DNA from: Octopus bimaculoides
Taxonomy: Eukaryota
NCBI RefSeq assembly: GCF_001194135.2
Contig: NC_068995.1
Location: forward strand, 23,584,613 to 23,648,612
Reading direction: 5' to 3'
DNA: 64,000 bases
The number at the start of each line of letters is the position of its first letter. Positions within the stretch are counted from its first letter, which is position 1. The position numbers were made by a program, and so were the translations under genes. The notes beneath the pieces are model-generated. The model worked only from the letters and a program-made list of their open reading frames with translations. It had not been told where the DNA came from and did not search any database. Positions 12,216 to 25,793 of the stretch are shown piece by piece.

Positions 12216-13000
12216 NNNNNNNNNNNNNNNNNNNNNNNNNNNNNNNNNNNNNNNNNNNNNNNNNNNNNNNNNNNNNNNNNNNNNNNNNNNNNNNNNNNNN
12301 NNNNNNNNNNNNNNNNNNNNNNNNNNNNNNNNNNNNNNNNNNNNNNNNNNNNNNNNNNNNNNNNNNNNNNNNNNNNNNNNNNNNNNNNNNNNNNNNNNNN
12401 NNNNNNNNNNNNNNNNNNNNNNNNNNNNNNNNNNNNNNNNNNNNNNNNNNNNNNNNNNNNNNNNNNNNNNNNNNNNNNNNNNNNNNNNNNNNNNNNNNNN
12501 NNNNNNNNNNNNNNNNNNNNNNNNNNNNNNNNNNNNNNNNNNNNNNNNNNNNNNNNNNNNNNNNNNNNNNNNNNNNNNNNNNNNNNNNNNNNNNNNNNNN
12601 NNNNNNNNNNNNNNNNNNNNNNNNNNNNNNNNNNNNNNNNNNNNNNNNNNNNNNNNNNNNNNNNNNNNNNNNNNNNNNNNNNNNNNNNNNNNNNNNNNNN
12701 NNNNNNNNNNNNNNNNNNNNNNNNNNNNNNNNNNNNNNNNNNNNNNNNNNNNNNNNNNNNNNNNNNNNNNNNNNNNNNNNNNNNNNNNNNNNNNNNNNNN
12801 NNNNNNNNNNNNNNNNNNNNNNNNNNNNNNNNNNNNNNNNNNNNNNNNNNNNNNNNNNNNNNNNNNNNNNNNNNNNNNNNNNNNNNNNNNNNNNNNNNNN
12901 NNNNNNNNNNNNNNNNNNNNNNNNNNNNNNNNNNNNNNNNNNNNNNGGGTGGGGTGGGAAAGTAGAGTAGGAGTGTGTTGGGGTGGGAGGCATATATGGC
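10643..13000. other. Assembly gaps (representative; about 17 N runs in the window, most flanked by TA/TG repeats)
   Basis: N runs at 10643-11552, 12216-12947 and elsewhere, mostly bordered by simple repeats, as expected from short-read assembly failure at microsatellites. Confidence 0.9.
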
Positions 13001-13620
13001 TATAGGACGTCACCAACATTAAACAACATGAAATACGAAGACAAATGAGTTCAATACGCAAACAACAAAAGAAACAAATGAAAAACAGGAAAAGTAGCAT
13101 AAAGAACGGCCCTGCTTCAGTTATCGGCTGCCTATCTACTCCTGATTTTGAGCCTTAAACGACAATATAAGTCTTCGAAGACATTTGTTCCCATAAGTAC
13201 GAAAATAAAATTTTGGATTTATGGAGGATCAGAGTGAGGAATAAAACCAGGTCAGTGGAGAAATGCAAGGAAACCGAACGCAAACAAACACGGAGGGTCG
13301 TTAGACCAGAAAGGAGGTAAAATAGCGAATGCTGAAGGAATATTTTCTTTGAAAAGAGAAAAGATAAAAGAGAGAGGTAGAATACGTCCAGTCCTTAAGA
13401 CAGTCCTGAGGGGAAAGAAAGATGATCAAGTGAGGAAAAGAGAGATAGACAATAGTCACGTGTGAGGAACAAAATAGAGAAAAAGAGAAAGGAAGCGAAA
13501 GAGACAGATAGAGATAGAAAACGGCGAAGAGGAGAAAAAGATGAGGAAGAAAACAGTATAGAGTCGCATAAAAAAAGATTTAGATAAACTTAAACTTACG
13601 TGGAAATCGATGAGAGGCGT
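11590..13620 (-). mobile_element. Probable PLE-derived terminal-repeat region, gapped
   Basis: Purine-rich plus strand containing a hammerhead motif (11701-11737) and a second partial CTGACGA-A-GGGG motif cut by the gap at 11966-11988. A 75-bp segment (12990-13060) recurs at 13697-13770. No ORF recognised. Confidence 0.45.
11701..11737 (-). ncRNA. Minimal type I hammerhead motif, family C (core CUGUUGA)
   Basis: Minus strand TCTTT CTGTTGA A GAGC tta GCTC GAAA CGT T AAAGA: 5-bp stem I, 4-bp stem II, palindromic ACGT stem III. Confidence 0.7.
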
Positions 13621-13769
13621 TCAGTCATGTTATAATGTAAATTATATATATATGTGTGTGTGTATGTATGTATTACGTATACATATGCATATCATATGCA
13701 TATATGGTTACAGGACATCACCAACAGTAAACAACATGACGTACGAAAACAAATGAGTTCAAATACACG

Positions 13770-13848
<79 letters not shown>

Positions 13849-14093
13849 NNNNNNNNNNNNNNNNNNNNNNNNNNNNNNNNNNNNNNNNNNNNNNNNNNNN
13901 NNNNNNNNNNNNNNNNNNNNNNNNNNNNNNNNNNNNNNNNNNNNNNNNNNNNNNNNNNNNNNNNNNNNNNNNNNNNNNNNNNNNNNNNNNNNNNNNNNNN
14001 NNNNNNNNNNNNNNNNNNNNNNNNNNNNNNNNNNNNNNNNNNNNNNNNNNNNNNNNNNNNNNNNNNNNNNNNNNNNNNNNNNNNNNNNNNNNN

Positions 14094-14128
<35 letters not shown>

Positions 14129-14131
<3 letters not shown>

Positions 14132-14455
14132 GGAGCACTCCGTCGGTTACGACGACGAGGGTCCCAGCTGATACGATCAACGGAACAGCTTGCTCATGAA
14201 ATTAACGTGCAAGTGACTGAGCAATCCACAGACACGTACACCCATAACGTAGTTCTCAAGGAGACTCAGCGTGACACGTAGGGTGACAAGTCCGGCCCTT
14301 TGAAATACTGGTATTACTCCTTTTTGCAGCTGAGTGGACAAGAGCAACGTGAAATTAAGTGTCTTGCTCAAGGACACAACGCGTCGCCGGAAATCGAACT
14401 CACTACCTTACGATTGTGAGCCGAATGCCCTAACCACTAAGCCACACGCCTTCAC
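14129..14455 (-). mobile_element. tRNA-derived SINE family III, full length, (CA)n tail
   Basis: Minus 5' end gaaggcgtgtggcttagtggttagggcattcggctc...gagttcgatttccggcg (A/B boxes), followed by gtgtccttgagcaagacact core; the 3' end abuts (TG)n. Confidence 0.9.
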
Positions 14456-14701
14456 TATATAAATGTAATATGCATTTACTTATGCACAAAGGCAACTAAA
14501 CACAGTAAATGGATCTTGTGTGGTAAATGATAGAGTAAGATATGAAGAAATAATGTAGGAGCGATTGAGGATGTAAGGTTACTTAGAGTAATTGATAAAC
14601 AGAAAAAGAAGCGATAACATTTCTTATCGGAGCAAAAGATAACATAACTAGGAAGTGTTAAACTTATAAATGGTTCTGCATATGTTGACCCAATCAAAAT
14701 A

Positions 14702-15476
14702 CGAGGTGGTATCTAAGCGTTCCCGGCGTAGATATTTTTAATAAACAAAAATGTCTTATCTAAGTTTTAACATCATCTCCCTCGAAATAGTTACCTTGCG
14801 CAGCAATACACCGGTCCCAGCATTCCTGCTATTTTCGGGATCCGGTCTGGGAGTCTTCTTCTGTAAGCGTGTCAAGGACCTTCTGCGATTCGGTCTTGAT
14901 CTCGACAACAGTGTTAAAGCGGCGACCTTGAGCTGCATTTTTATCTTGAGGAAGAGATGGGGTTCTGGCGAATGGGGCCAGTGCGGAGCAGTAGCATCTT
15001 TTTGGCGAGAAAACCACGAGTGAGTAAAGCTCGGTGACTGAATGCATTGTCGTCAAGAAGAATCTCGATACACAATATCGCCAGTGTTGAAAGATACGAT
15101 GAGTATGCTCTTAATTTAGCTACGACTCTGTCGTGCCTTTTGAAGCCACCGTGTCAATCGAAACCTTGCGTACGACCACGTCACTGTAAGCTTGCCGAAG
15201 CAATCTCAATATCTCTGCAGCAGACTTCACAAGTTTAACGCAAAATTTCACGGTGGATCTTTGTTCCGGCTTCCTGTCCATGACAAAAATCTCAAACTAC
15301 ACCATACATGTGATCACAAGACCACAAATTTCACAAATTGTGAAGATAACACAGGAGAGTCACTCAGCACACTGCCTCATGAAGGTCACTGCTAGCACTC
15401 AATGCTCACGCACCCGAGTGCTACCATTTGTTGGCGCAGTACAGAACTAGTCCGGCCACTTTTTGAGATCATCTCG
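14702..15476 (-). mobile_element. Mariner transposon, internally deleted, with TA TSD
   Basis: TA at 14700-01 and 15477-78; imperfect TIRs (cgaggtggtatctaagcgttcccggc / cgagatgatctcaaaaagtggccggac). Minus frames give MDRKPEQRSTVKFCVKL..., DDNAFSH, WPHSP, LFLKIKMQL...ECWDRCIAAQGNYFEGD. Confidence 0.9.
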
Positions 15477-16408
15477 TATTAGTTGACCTAAGTCATTAAA
15501 AATTACAAAATATAAAACGAATATGGAAAAGAAAGGGTTATGTCAGAGAAAAAGGAGGGAGCTAGAAGTGAAATAATTTCTGGAGCCGGTACGAGAGGAA
15601 ATAGTTGTGAAAATTTTTATTTAGGGTAAAGGTGATGTTTGTCCTCACATTGCGTCACGAGAAAGATTAAAATATGGAATCTTGTTTGACCAACTACGTT
15701 AACAAAAGTACACACACACGCCCTGAAGCGCATGTGAGTATGTGTCTGTATTGCTTACTTGTGAATGTATAGAATTTATACACACACACGTACACACATA
15801 ATTGTACTAAACACTAAACGTATATGTACGTATATGTGCATCGATATACATGGATGTACTTGTGTATGATGGCACATTCGCCGAAGGGATTTTTCTAAAT
15901 ATAAACAGAATAAAAGTGCTGTAACTTCCAGTACATAATTATTACAGCCAAATACTCTTCACATACTTGCAACGAATGACGACGTAAATACAGCATTGAT
16001 AAAATTACTTTAATGATATTAAATATGAGCTATAATTGTTACGTCGTTGAAGGATGAAATACAAGAAATATTGGCAAGCAAATCAAGGCCATGGAAATAA
16101 GTGTATCGATTTCTCATATGTTTATTATAGAGATATTCACAGAATTTCCGGTTATGTTATTCGCATGACATACATTCTACTGAAAAAATTGCATACTGTT
16201 TCAAATTAATCGGAAGCTGGTCATTGATTAATGAAAACAAGGCCTCAAGCAAATTAGGACACATTCCAAAAGTAAATACTTCCTGACACTGCATGGACGT
16301 TCGAATATCACTGTATTACTCAAAAATCTAATATTCCACCATGTTATAAAATTTTTCCCTACCAGTAACTCTTATATCTTGCATTGGATTCGCCTGTTAA
16401 TTTTGATG

Positions 16409-16982
16409 GATCTAGTTCAAAACGGGGGCACCAGTTTTCGTTTATGTTTTATGTAGTGTTTTTGGTACCGAAAGACTTTCAAACTTCGTATATTTATCTA
16501 TTTTGTGTTATAGAACAGAATTTTTTTTTTGTATTCGTTAACATCTGCCTGGACTGTATGTGTACAACATTTGCTTTTTTCATTTTCTTTCACGCGTGTT
16601 TATTTCGTTAACATCTGCCTGAACTGTATGAAAGGTTTATTAGCTACTGCCTAAACCTAACCCTAACCCTACTGCCAATATGCTTCAGCCATTTTTTGAC
16701 AAGGAAATAATAATTTATCACCGCCAGAATCGTTTGNNNNNNNNNNNNNNNNNNNNNNNNNNNNNNNNNNNNNNNNNNNNNNNNNNNNNGACTGAATGGA
16801 CGTCAGTCATTGGTTGAAATTACAGAAATACGACAACTTTAACATGAAATAACTTGCGATGTACGTTTTTTTGTTAAGAAGACTAAGAGAAAAAGATGTT
16901 TTATATGACACATTCTACCAGTGTCCCAAGTTTCAAAGTGTTTCGTTAAGAAAATACTGGTGCCCCCGTTTTGAACTAGATC
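16409..16982. mobile_element. Non-autonomous TIR element (27-bp inverted termini) containing a short TTAGGG-like tract
   Basis: GATCTAGTTCAAAACGGGGGCACCAGT (16409-16435) and its exact reverse complement (16956-16982); cctaaacctaaccctaaccct at 16650-16670; 26-bp direct repeat with 70-bp period at about 16535/16605. Confidence 0.75.
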
Positions 16983-17085
16983 TATTATGATATCTAATCT
17001 TTGCACTGTTTTGTGAGCTTATTAATTTAAACTTTACAGAAATTTTGTGGAATCCCTCGTAATGTGTTTCTATTTTATACCTTGG

Positions 17086-17122
<37 letters not shown>

Positions 17123-17303
17123 ATTTATGTATACATATGTATATATATATATACATACCACCTTATAAAGATAAAATTTCTGCTGTTTTCACGGTTATAC
17201 ATGCGTTTCAAATTTACTTTCTGTAAAACACATTCGACGCTTCCAAGGTTTGGTTATAAAATGTTGTCGCATCCCAAAAGCTGTTATTATTAGAGTTAAC
17301 ATT

Positions 17304-17536
17304 AAGGCGACGAGCTGGGAGAAACGTTAGTACCCCGGGCGAAATGTTTAGCGGTATTTTGTCTGCCATGACGTTCTGAGTTCAAATTCCGCCGAGGTCG
17401 ACTTTGCCTTTTATCCTTTCGTGGTCGATAAATTAAGTACCAATTACGCACTGGGGTCGATGTAATTGACTTAATACCTTTGTCTGTCCTTGTTTCTCCC
17501 CTCTATGTTTAACCCCTTGTGGGCAATAAAGAAATA
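17304..17536 (+). mobile_element. tRNA-derived SINE family I, full length
   Basis: ggcgacgagctgg..gttag..ccgggcgaaatg..gagttcaaattccgccgaggtcgactttgcc...ccttgtgggcaataaagaaata; homologous to 36053-36286. Confidence 0.9.
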
Positions 17537-17668
17537 CGAAACCTTAGCACACCGGGCGAAATGCTTAGCGGTATTTCGGCTGTCTTTACGTTGTGAGTTC
17601 AAACTTCGCCGAGGTCGACTCTACCATTTATCCTTTCGGGGTCGATTAATTAAGTACCAATGGGGCAC
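17537..17668 (+). mobile_element. SINE family I, second partial copy in tandem
   Basis: Repeats the head and core immediately after the first copy's tail. Confidence 0.85.
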
Positions 17669-17879
17669 TACCATTAGTGTGATTGTTCACCTCCCCTCCC
17701 GTTCTCTAGAATTAGTTCTGATTAAGAAGTGAGTGGGACAAAGGTGCACTTTGCCTTTCTTAGAGCGATATAGTTTCATCAAGTATTTCACGTGAAAAAA
17801 TTTATGTATATAATCTTTGAACACATGCACACCTACACCTTGTAGATCTCAGTGATTCTGTTACAAGATATAGTGAAAC

Positions 17880-19500
17880 TATAGACCCTTGAACCCTAAG
17901 TTGTTACTGTAAGAAGTCCTTATACTTATTTAGAATGGCGTGGTCATTGATACGTCCAGTTGCGTGGGCTGTTTAGCATTCAATCCCAAAGTTATTTGGT
18001 AGATCATGCAAGTGTTTCCATAAATATATTGCTGCATATCTTTCCAGTAGACGTGCTGTCCATTTCGTTATCCCCGTAGCTAATATGTTATTCCGATGCA
18101 ATCTTCTGCCTGCAGTGGCATAGTTTTGCCTCTAGCTACGCTCTTAATCTGAAGCTTTATGGTGACCGTAATTGGGAGTAGTAATCCAGGTGATTGAGAA
18201 CAAATGCTCTGTGTAGCATCAAAAAGGTTTCTTTTTCTTTGATCTGAAGAATTTCAGTATCCAAAAAAATCAGTCGCCTGCACATTGTTTGCAGCGTGTT
18301 AATATGCACATCGTTCTTTATGCGGATTTTCTCTCACGCACTATGTGTGGCTTCGGGATTGCGATACCTCTTCTCCTGTGTATTCAGATCGCAATTTGTC
18401 TGTGAGCCGATTGCGGACTGCTTGAAATTTCACCGCATTGATATGCATGTTTGTCTTCAGTCCGTTTGTATATTGTGTTCAACACATTCTGTAGTCTTGA
18501 GTTGTCATCAGAGACCGTCACTGTCTGTGACACTTTGGTATTGTCAGCATGCCCGTTTATTGATAGAGCATATTATACTGTCTTTAAACATTTGGTGAAG
18601 TGTTCACGTGAAAACGAAGTGTGGAAAAGTATCCCTAGTGGTTTTCCAGAATTTTCTGTTGAAACAGAATAACTGGAAAATCATCAGAGTCTGATCATCC
18701 CATCAATGACTGATATTTCATTCTCTTCTTCCATATCAATATAATTCATTGGTGCTTCTTCCCCTAGTGAATCTACTACGTTGAAAAACTCACTGTATGC
18801 GATAAGCAGTAAGTGAGTCATTTTCTTCAAGCAGTAGCGTACAGAGATAGATTCTTTGCAAATTTGTAACATCCTTGGTTTCTCTTACTTTTCTTTTTTC
18901 CACGGGAGAATCTAAGTTTATTTTCGGGATCAAAACGCGCCTTTTTGTAATGCATCATATTTCAAACCTGAATACATATGTCAACAAATGTTGAAGTATT
19001 AGTGGTGGTTCGGGTGTCAAATGTTGGGACTGAGTTCTTTATATTTCCAACGTCTTCTGATGGAGATATTATACCAGTACTTCGTCTACGCACCTAGTAT
19101 CTGTAATATTTATGTGATAAGCTATTCCTTTGCTTTTCCTTGTAGCTAGATAGACTTGGCAAAAACGGATCCTAAAGGAAGACACATGAATGCTTCTTTT
19201 TTTTATGCTTTTGTAACTTGCTTCCGGGCAACAAAAGCGTACCTCAGTTATGCAAATTACTAATGGTTTTTAAAATAAGGTGTCAGATATGGCTTTATTT
19301 TGTGGTGCTTGTATACATTATCTACTAATTTCATTGTTCCTGACTCTTGGTTAATGAAACGTCTTTTGGCATCTAGTGTAGAGATATTAATTATTTCGTT
19401 TGTTACTTCTAAGATATCAAGAACTTCATCCCTTTAACTGATGCTCTAATACTCTGGCGTCTAATTTTGATAATGTTATCGACATATTTGGCGATTTTTA
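17880..19500 (-). mobile_element. Highly decayed Gypsy/Ty3-like pol remnant
   Basis: Stop-riddled minus frames with RT-like RDEVLDILE..STLDAK, FMCLPLG, CVDEVLV, DVTNLQR, then integrase-like EISVIDGMI and SSPQS..QIA. Motif-level similarity only. Confidence 0.4.
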
Positions 19501-20430
19501 TGTAGAAATACATGTGGGTGGTTATATATTTTTACTGTAAAATGTATACGTGTACAGGTGAAGAAAATATTGCATTTTCATTATGGCATATTTTTTGTGG
19601 TCATTATGTCTTTTAGTCATATACGGCTAGTTAAGTATTCCGTTCAATTACTGGGTGGCTATTTTTATTGCATTCACCGTATTGTCTTGGAGTTTATCAT
19701 CAATGTTTATCATAATGTTTCCACCACCATCACCACCACCAACCCGGGTTTCTTCCTATGCCATAGTAATTTGATTTCAGCTTCTTTCTTGATTTCGCCG
19801 ACTTTTGGTTGGTGGTGCCAAGATTGTGCAGGTTAATTTGTTCTGTGATAAGTGCATTTCCTGATTTGTTAATATATTTATATTTTTGTTTGAACAGCAT
19901 CGTTTTTCATTTATATAACTTTTGCTGCATTGTCATGTAGTTTATATTTTTATAAATGTTAAAGAGCTTTTCTTTTAAATATGGTGCATTGAAAATATGA
20001 CTGTGATCTAAAATAATGATTGGAACTGCAAATTGCATAGAATAATAATGCTGTGATGGCCAATTCCTAAGAGAAAATTTTACGTAAATAAAAGACATCC
20101 ACCTTACGAATGGCAGCACAGAAGACAAAAATCACCTCGCAACCTTGAGTTTAATGGGATAAACATTAATTTCGGAAATGTATAGTCCGAAAAGAAATAC
20201 GAGTTTCTGATACACAGGAAGCAGAGAATACTGATAAGAAACCGATATATTAAAACATACTCGTGCTTTCTATATAGCATATTTAAAAGAAACATGTATT
20301 TGTGTTCCTGAGAGTGTGTGTGATATATGCATCTGTGTGTGTTAGTGTATGAGACTGAATTATAACAATACATATAAATATACACACATCTATATATATA
20401 TATGTATATATATATATGTATATATATATA

Positions 20431-20841
20431 TACTCTTTTACTCTTTTACTTGTTTCAGTCTTTTGACTGCGGCCATGCTGGAGCACCGCCTTTAGTCGAA
20501 GAAATCGACCCCAGGACTTATTCTTTGGAAGCCTAGTACTTATTCTATCGGTCTCTTTTGCCGAACCACTAAGTTACGGGGACATAAACACACCAGCATC
20601 GGTTGTCAAGCGATGTTGGGGGGACAAACACAGACATACAAACACACACACACACATACACATATATATACACATATACGACGGGCTTCTTTCAGTTTCC
20701 CTCTACCAAATCCACTCACAAGGCATTGGTCGGCCCGAGGCTATAGTAGAAAGCACTTGCCCAAGATGCCACGCAGTGGGACTGAACCCGGGACCATGTG
20801 GTTGGTAAGCAAGCTACTTACCACACAGCCACTCCTACGCC
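20431..20841 (-). mobile_element. tRNA-derived SINE family II, full length, with central CA/TA microsatellite
   Basis: Minus 5' aggcgtaggagtggctgtgtggtaagtagcttg..ccgggttcagtcccactgcg; 3' gctccagcatggccgcagtcaaaagactgaaacaagtaaaagagtaaaagag. Confidence 0.92.
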
Positions 20842-20976
20842 TATGTATGTATGTATGTATGTATGTATGTATGTATGTATGTATGTATGTGTGTGCGTGT
20901 GTATACACATGCATGTATATATACAGATCTCTCTATATATATGTGTGTGTGTATTTCTGTGTGTGCTTGCGTATGT

Positions 20977-21123
20977 GTAGGCGCTGGCATGACTCTATGT
21001 TAAGAAGCTTAATTTCCGACCATATGTTCAGTCCCAGCTTCCGGGTTCAGTCCCACTTCGTGGCACCTCGAGCACGTTTCTTCTTCGAGCCACAAAATAT
21101 TGTGAATAGATTTGGTTGACGGA

Positions 21124-21157
<34 letters not shown>

Positions 21158-22021
21158 NNNNNNNNNNNNNNNNNNNNNNNNNNNNNNNNNNNNNNNNNNN
21201 NNNNNNNNNNNNNNNNNNNNNNNNNNNNNNNNNNNNNNNNNNNNNNNNNNNNNNNNNNNNNNNNNNNNNNNNNNNNNNNNNNNNNNNNNNNNNNNNNNNN
21301 NNNNNNNNNNNNNNNNNNNNNNNNNNNNNNNNNNNNNNNNNNNNNNNNNNNNNNNNNNNNNNNNNNNNNNNNNNNNNNNNNNNNNNNNNNNNNNNNNNNN
21401 NNNNNNNNNNNNNNNNNNNNNNNNNNNNNNNNNNNNNNNNNNNNNNNNNNNNNNNNNNNNNNNNNNNNNNNNNNNNNNNNNNNNNNNNNNNNNNNNNNNN
21501 NNNNNNNNNNNNNNNNNNNNNNNNNNNNNNNNNNNNNNNNNNNNNNNNNNNNNNNNNNNNNNNNNNNNNNNNNNNNNNNNNNNNNNNNNNNNNNNNNNNN
21601 NNNNNNNNNNNNNNNNNNNNNNNNNNNNNNNNNNNNNNNNNNNNNNNNNNNNNNNNNNNNNNNNNNNNNNNNNNNNNNNNNNNNNNNNNNNNNNNNNNNN
21701 NNNNNNNNNNNNNNNNNNNNNNNNNNNNNNNNNNNNNNNNNNNNNNNNNNNNNNNNNNNNNNNNNNNNNNNNNNNNNNNNNNNNNNNNNNNNNNNNNNNN
21801 NNNNNNNNNNNNNNNNNNNNNNNNNNNNNNNNNNNNNNNNNNNNNNNNNNNNNNNNNNNNNNNNNNNNNNNNNNNNNNNNNNNNNNNNNNNNNNNNNNNN
21901 NNNNNNNNNNNNNNNNNNNNNNNNNNNNNNNNNNNNNNNNNNNNNNNNNNNNNNNNNNNNNNNNNNNNNNNNNNNNNNNNNNNNNNNNNNNNNNNNNNNN
22001 NNNNNNNNNNNNNNATATATA

Positions 22022-22052
<31 letters not shown>

Positions 22053-22360
22053 ATGTATGTATGTATATACACACACACGTATATACACACACATATATAT
22101 ATATATATAACTATATATGTGTGTGCGTCTTTGTGTCTGTATTTGCCCCACCACCACCACCACCACCATCACTTGAGAACCAGTGTTGGTGTGTTCATTC
22201 ATGACCTTGAAACCTAGGGGTTCGGCAAAAGACCGATAGAATAAGTACTAGGCTTGAAAAAAGGCCCAAGGGTCGATTTCCTCAGCCAAAACTCCTTCAA
22301 GGCGGTGCTCCAGCATGGCCGCACCCAAATGACTGAATCAAGTAAAACATAACAGATAAA
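20977..22360 (+). mobile_element. SINE family II with central microsatellite expanded across a gap
   Basis: 5' half at 20977-21125 and 3' half at about 22110-22360, with TA/TG/TATG repeats and an N run between them. Confidence 0.75.
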
Positions 22361-22599
22361 ATATATGTTTTAATAAGAATGAATGGTATGTATAATAATT
22401 CCACCTCTCGGGCACTCAGATTCCGCCGGGTATCCGTTTATTACGAACGTTCTTAACAATCCAACAGAGCAGTGTTGCTTTACTGAATATGATGGAAATG
22501 AGAAGGCACTGGAATGAAAAAACGTTTAAACTTACTTGGACTCTTACAATATAGTTGTGAAACTATATATTTTCACCTGTGTGTTATTAGCCTACTAGT

Positions 22600-23100
22600 T
22601 GTAATGATATTAATATAGTAGTAATTTTAACCACCTTTTCTACAAAATTGCAGATATGGAATTTTAATCTCTTTGAGTAATTATGATATGGAAAACTTTG
22701 TTTCGTGAAAAATAAGAGGAAATATCCTGGCAAGCCTATTCTGAAATTACTTGCGTCATTTGCTCCTTTGAGTAAGAAATAAATTGTTATAATTCCAATT
22801 TTAATATTCGTTATAATATTTTCGTTGAGTATTGTGGATGCCATGAAACTTGAAATATACAATAAATATGTACTGATATCATGTTCTGAAGTAAATGGCG
22901 TAATATTAATTAGACTGTAGCTTAAGGAAGGAAATTATTATGAAAGATCCTTATAACAAAGAGGCAATTTATGATTACTTACTGGAAGTGCTTTTCTTTT
23001 AGATTGCTATATCGATATTAAATGTTAATAAATCAGAAGATCTTTGACCTTTCCGCCATATTAGCTATATAGAAATTATGAGCAAATAATTGCTTTATTC
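22600..23100 (-). mobile_element. Very old L1/Tx1-like RT remnant
   Basis: KALPVSNHKL...TPFTSE..STYLLYISSFMASTILNENIITNIKIG...LLKGANDASNF loosely follows RT motifs up to a decayed YADD. Confidence 0.3.
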
Positions 23101-25415
23101 AATATCCCAATTAATAATTAAAGATTATTCATTTAACTTTCTAATTCAGACGTATTGTGAACAAAAGTTATCCCAAATGTGATAACCGAATACACTAAGT
23201 GGAATACTGACTCCTTTTGACAAATATATTAGATTAAATTCAATTTGAGTGATATATCAATGAAATCTATATTTATAACAAGCTTTCAACTTTGCTTCTC
23301 TTGTTTTAATCTAATCTAAAGAACCCTGCTTACACCTTCCATAAATAATTTAAATCCACCATGTGCACAAAGTATATATTTACATTAGATGGTTCGAATA
23401 TTACGTAGTAACAACCTTTACTTGCTTGACATAACTTTTACTTGTCACCTCTTGTTTTTATTCTTTTGACGTCATCTGCTCCTCCAGAAGATATCACAAT
23501 TACTGGAAATGTTTAATTTCGATACTGTTTAAAGACGTCTGATTGGTTTCTTTTCTCTGAACATTGTAGGTCGTATCATATCTAGTAACTTTGCTCTGTT
23601 TTTATGACAGTACCGTATGGTTTGAGAGAGATTTAATTGTTAATATTAATAGGTCAACTAATTATATGTAAGGGTCTACTGTACAGTAAAATCGCACTTT
23701 CAACTTATCACTGTTATATATTTCCAATTGCGGTTAATGAATGCAATAGTTAAAAATAAATACACTTAAGGCAGTTATTCAATCATTAACTAAGAACTAG
23801 AAAAAGTACTAGATTATATAATATTTATTATAGGCACAAGATCAGTTGTACATGCTGTATGTTTCAAATGTCTAAAGTGACTTAAATAATGAAAGAAATG
23901 TTTCGCTTTATAAAATAATTTATGGATCAATTCAACTATATATCATGATTCTAAAAAGAATGAAATAGTACTGTACATGGTTAAAACTGGCTAGAAATTT
24001 TAATAATTTCGTAATTAGTGAACAAAAAAGAATATTTGAATTTTATGTCACTTTGAAATTCAAATTTCTAATCCCGCCAAATATTAAATATTATAAAGAA
24101 ATTAGAACCCCCTTTGAAATAACTGGCCAATCCGTCACACCATAAGTTGTGTATTCAAAATCTATCCCTTAAAACTGTTGAAGATGTCTTGCGTAATATG
24201 TTTACGAAGAGATGTTTTCACCTTATGTAATAAAGGATCACAGCGATGACGTAACGCATTAAAACCAATATCTACACATAAATAATACATCAAAAACGGC
24301 TTGTGAATTTGTTTTGTAGTTAAAACTAAAACTCCGGGCTACTTTAACACAACTTAACAAAGCAGAATGGCCTAGAAACAGTTACGCTGTTTTTCTCGAC
24401 TACGAGCGCACTATGCAGAAAAAGGAAAAAAGTAAAACACACCTTCTGTGAATTTCTTCCACAGTAGTTATTTTCCATTTATCGGAAATGCCTTTTTCTC
24501 ATAAAATTTTAATTAATATACACAAGGATTATATTATGCTGAAGATTTCTAAAAGGATCAATATGTGAAGCCTATGTATCGTTTTCCTTATAATTCTTTA
24601 ATTCCAGATTCAAATATTTGATCATGTTAAATACTATAAAGGAATAATTATCCTCTTTGAATAACTGTCTTCTAGGATATTACTCTCATACCTTTGAACT
24701 GGAATAAATGGAACCGAAGTCCCGTAAAAATTTGTAGTTAGAAGTATGTGAAAATACAGAATGTAACAGAAAATATGATGAGGTATGTAATTTATATTTT
24801 TTCGTGCTTAATCTCAGTGGCATGTTAAATCTTGCTTACTAAATCGATTCATTGAGTCAACATTGTTCAAATTTATTCCCTCCTGTAAATGTCGTTCGCT
24901 TTCTCAATTTTTCTGCCATTCCTATCTGAGACACTGTAACAAGCAAAGAATATCCTCGTCCCCTCTTCTACTCAATACACTTTCCTGCATTCGTCTTCTC
25001 CACTAAAAAAAAGACTGCCTTCCATTCTGCATTTATAAACAATTCAAATTTTAATTATTAACAATAAACCTTATGTATAATTCAATAATAAAATTCCGGG
25101 CATGATAAATGTAGATAAAGCGAGGAATGAATTATGCCTAATGTATAAAGAAAAACCCAGTCTTCCCATCTCACATACATCAATTTTATCAATTATCACT
25201 CAGCTCAATATACTGCAACTTCACATGATATTAATGGTGGTATGGATTGACTACTAACATCTTAAAACCACGAAAAGAAGATCATTTTATAAATAACAGA
25301 ATAAACACACATAAACACGCACCACATCACACTCAGTAAACCAGAAATTATGAAATAAAGGGAATTATCTTTATTAATGTTATATCCATGTGTGTTTATA
25401 GTTACTTAGCTCCAG

Positions 25416-25488
25416 GTCATCGTCAATGAATCAATCGATGATCAATGTCATTCTATTCCTGATCAACCTGGCCTTTTGCCATGGCATG
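25416..25488 (+). CDS. Candidate coding exon, unidentified gene (73 nt)
   Basis: ttacttagctccag|GTC...CATG|gtatgc; phase 0 to 1 reads VIVNESIDDQCHSIPDQPGLLPWH-G with AT-rich third codon positions; phase-compatible with 25794 and 27171. Confidence 0.45.
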
Positions 25489-25793
25489 GTATGCCTAAGG
25501 TTACATTATCTAGCGTTACCTCTCTTTTCAAGATGGTAAAAAGCGATTTCACGGACGTTTGACTATTATTCTTAAAAGCTGAGAATTGCTTAGAGACTCC
25601 TTTATTTCACATGTTCTATATGATGGTATAATTTCTAAATGTAGAACGCGAGTATATGAACCCGTATGCAAGCATACCAACGTCTATTACTTTAGATACA
25701 CCCTTAAAGTTTGTGCATACAATAAATGCATATTTTTCGTAGATTCATTGTCTGCGAATATAGAAAACAGTTATTTGTTTTTGTTTACTGCAG

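Noticed and set aside
16650-16670. Telomere or interstitial telomeric array
   Set aside because: Only about 3 imperfect units, internal to a TIR element.
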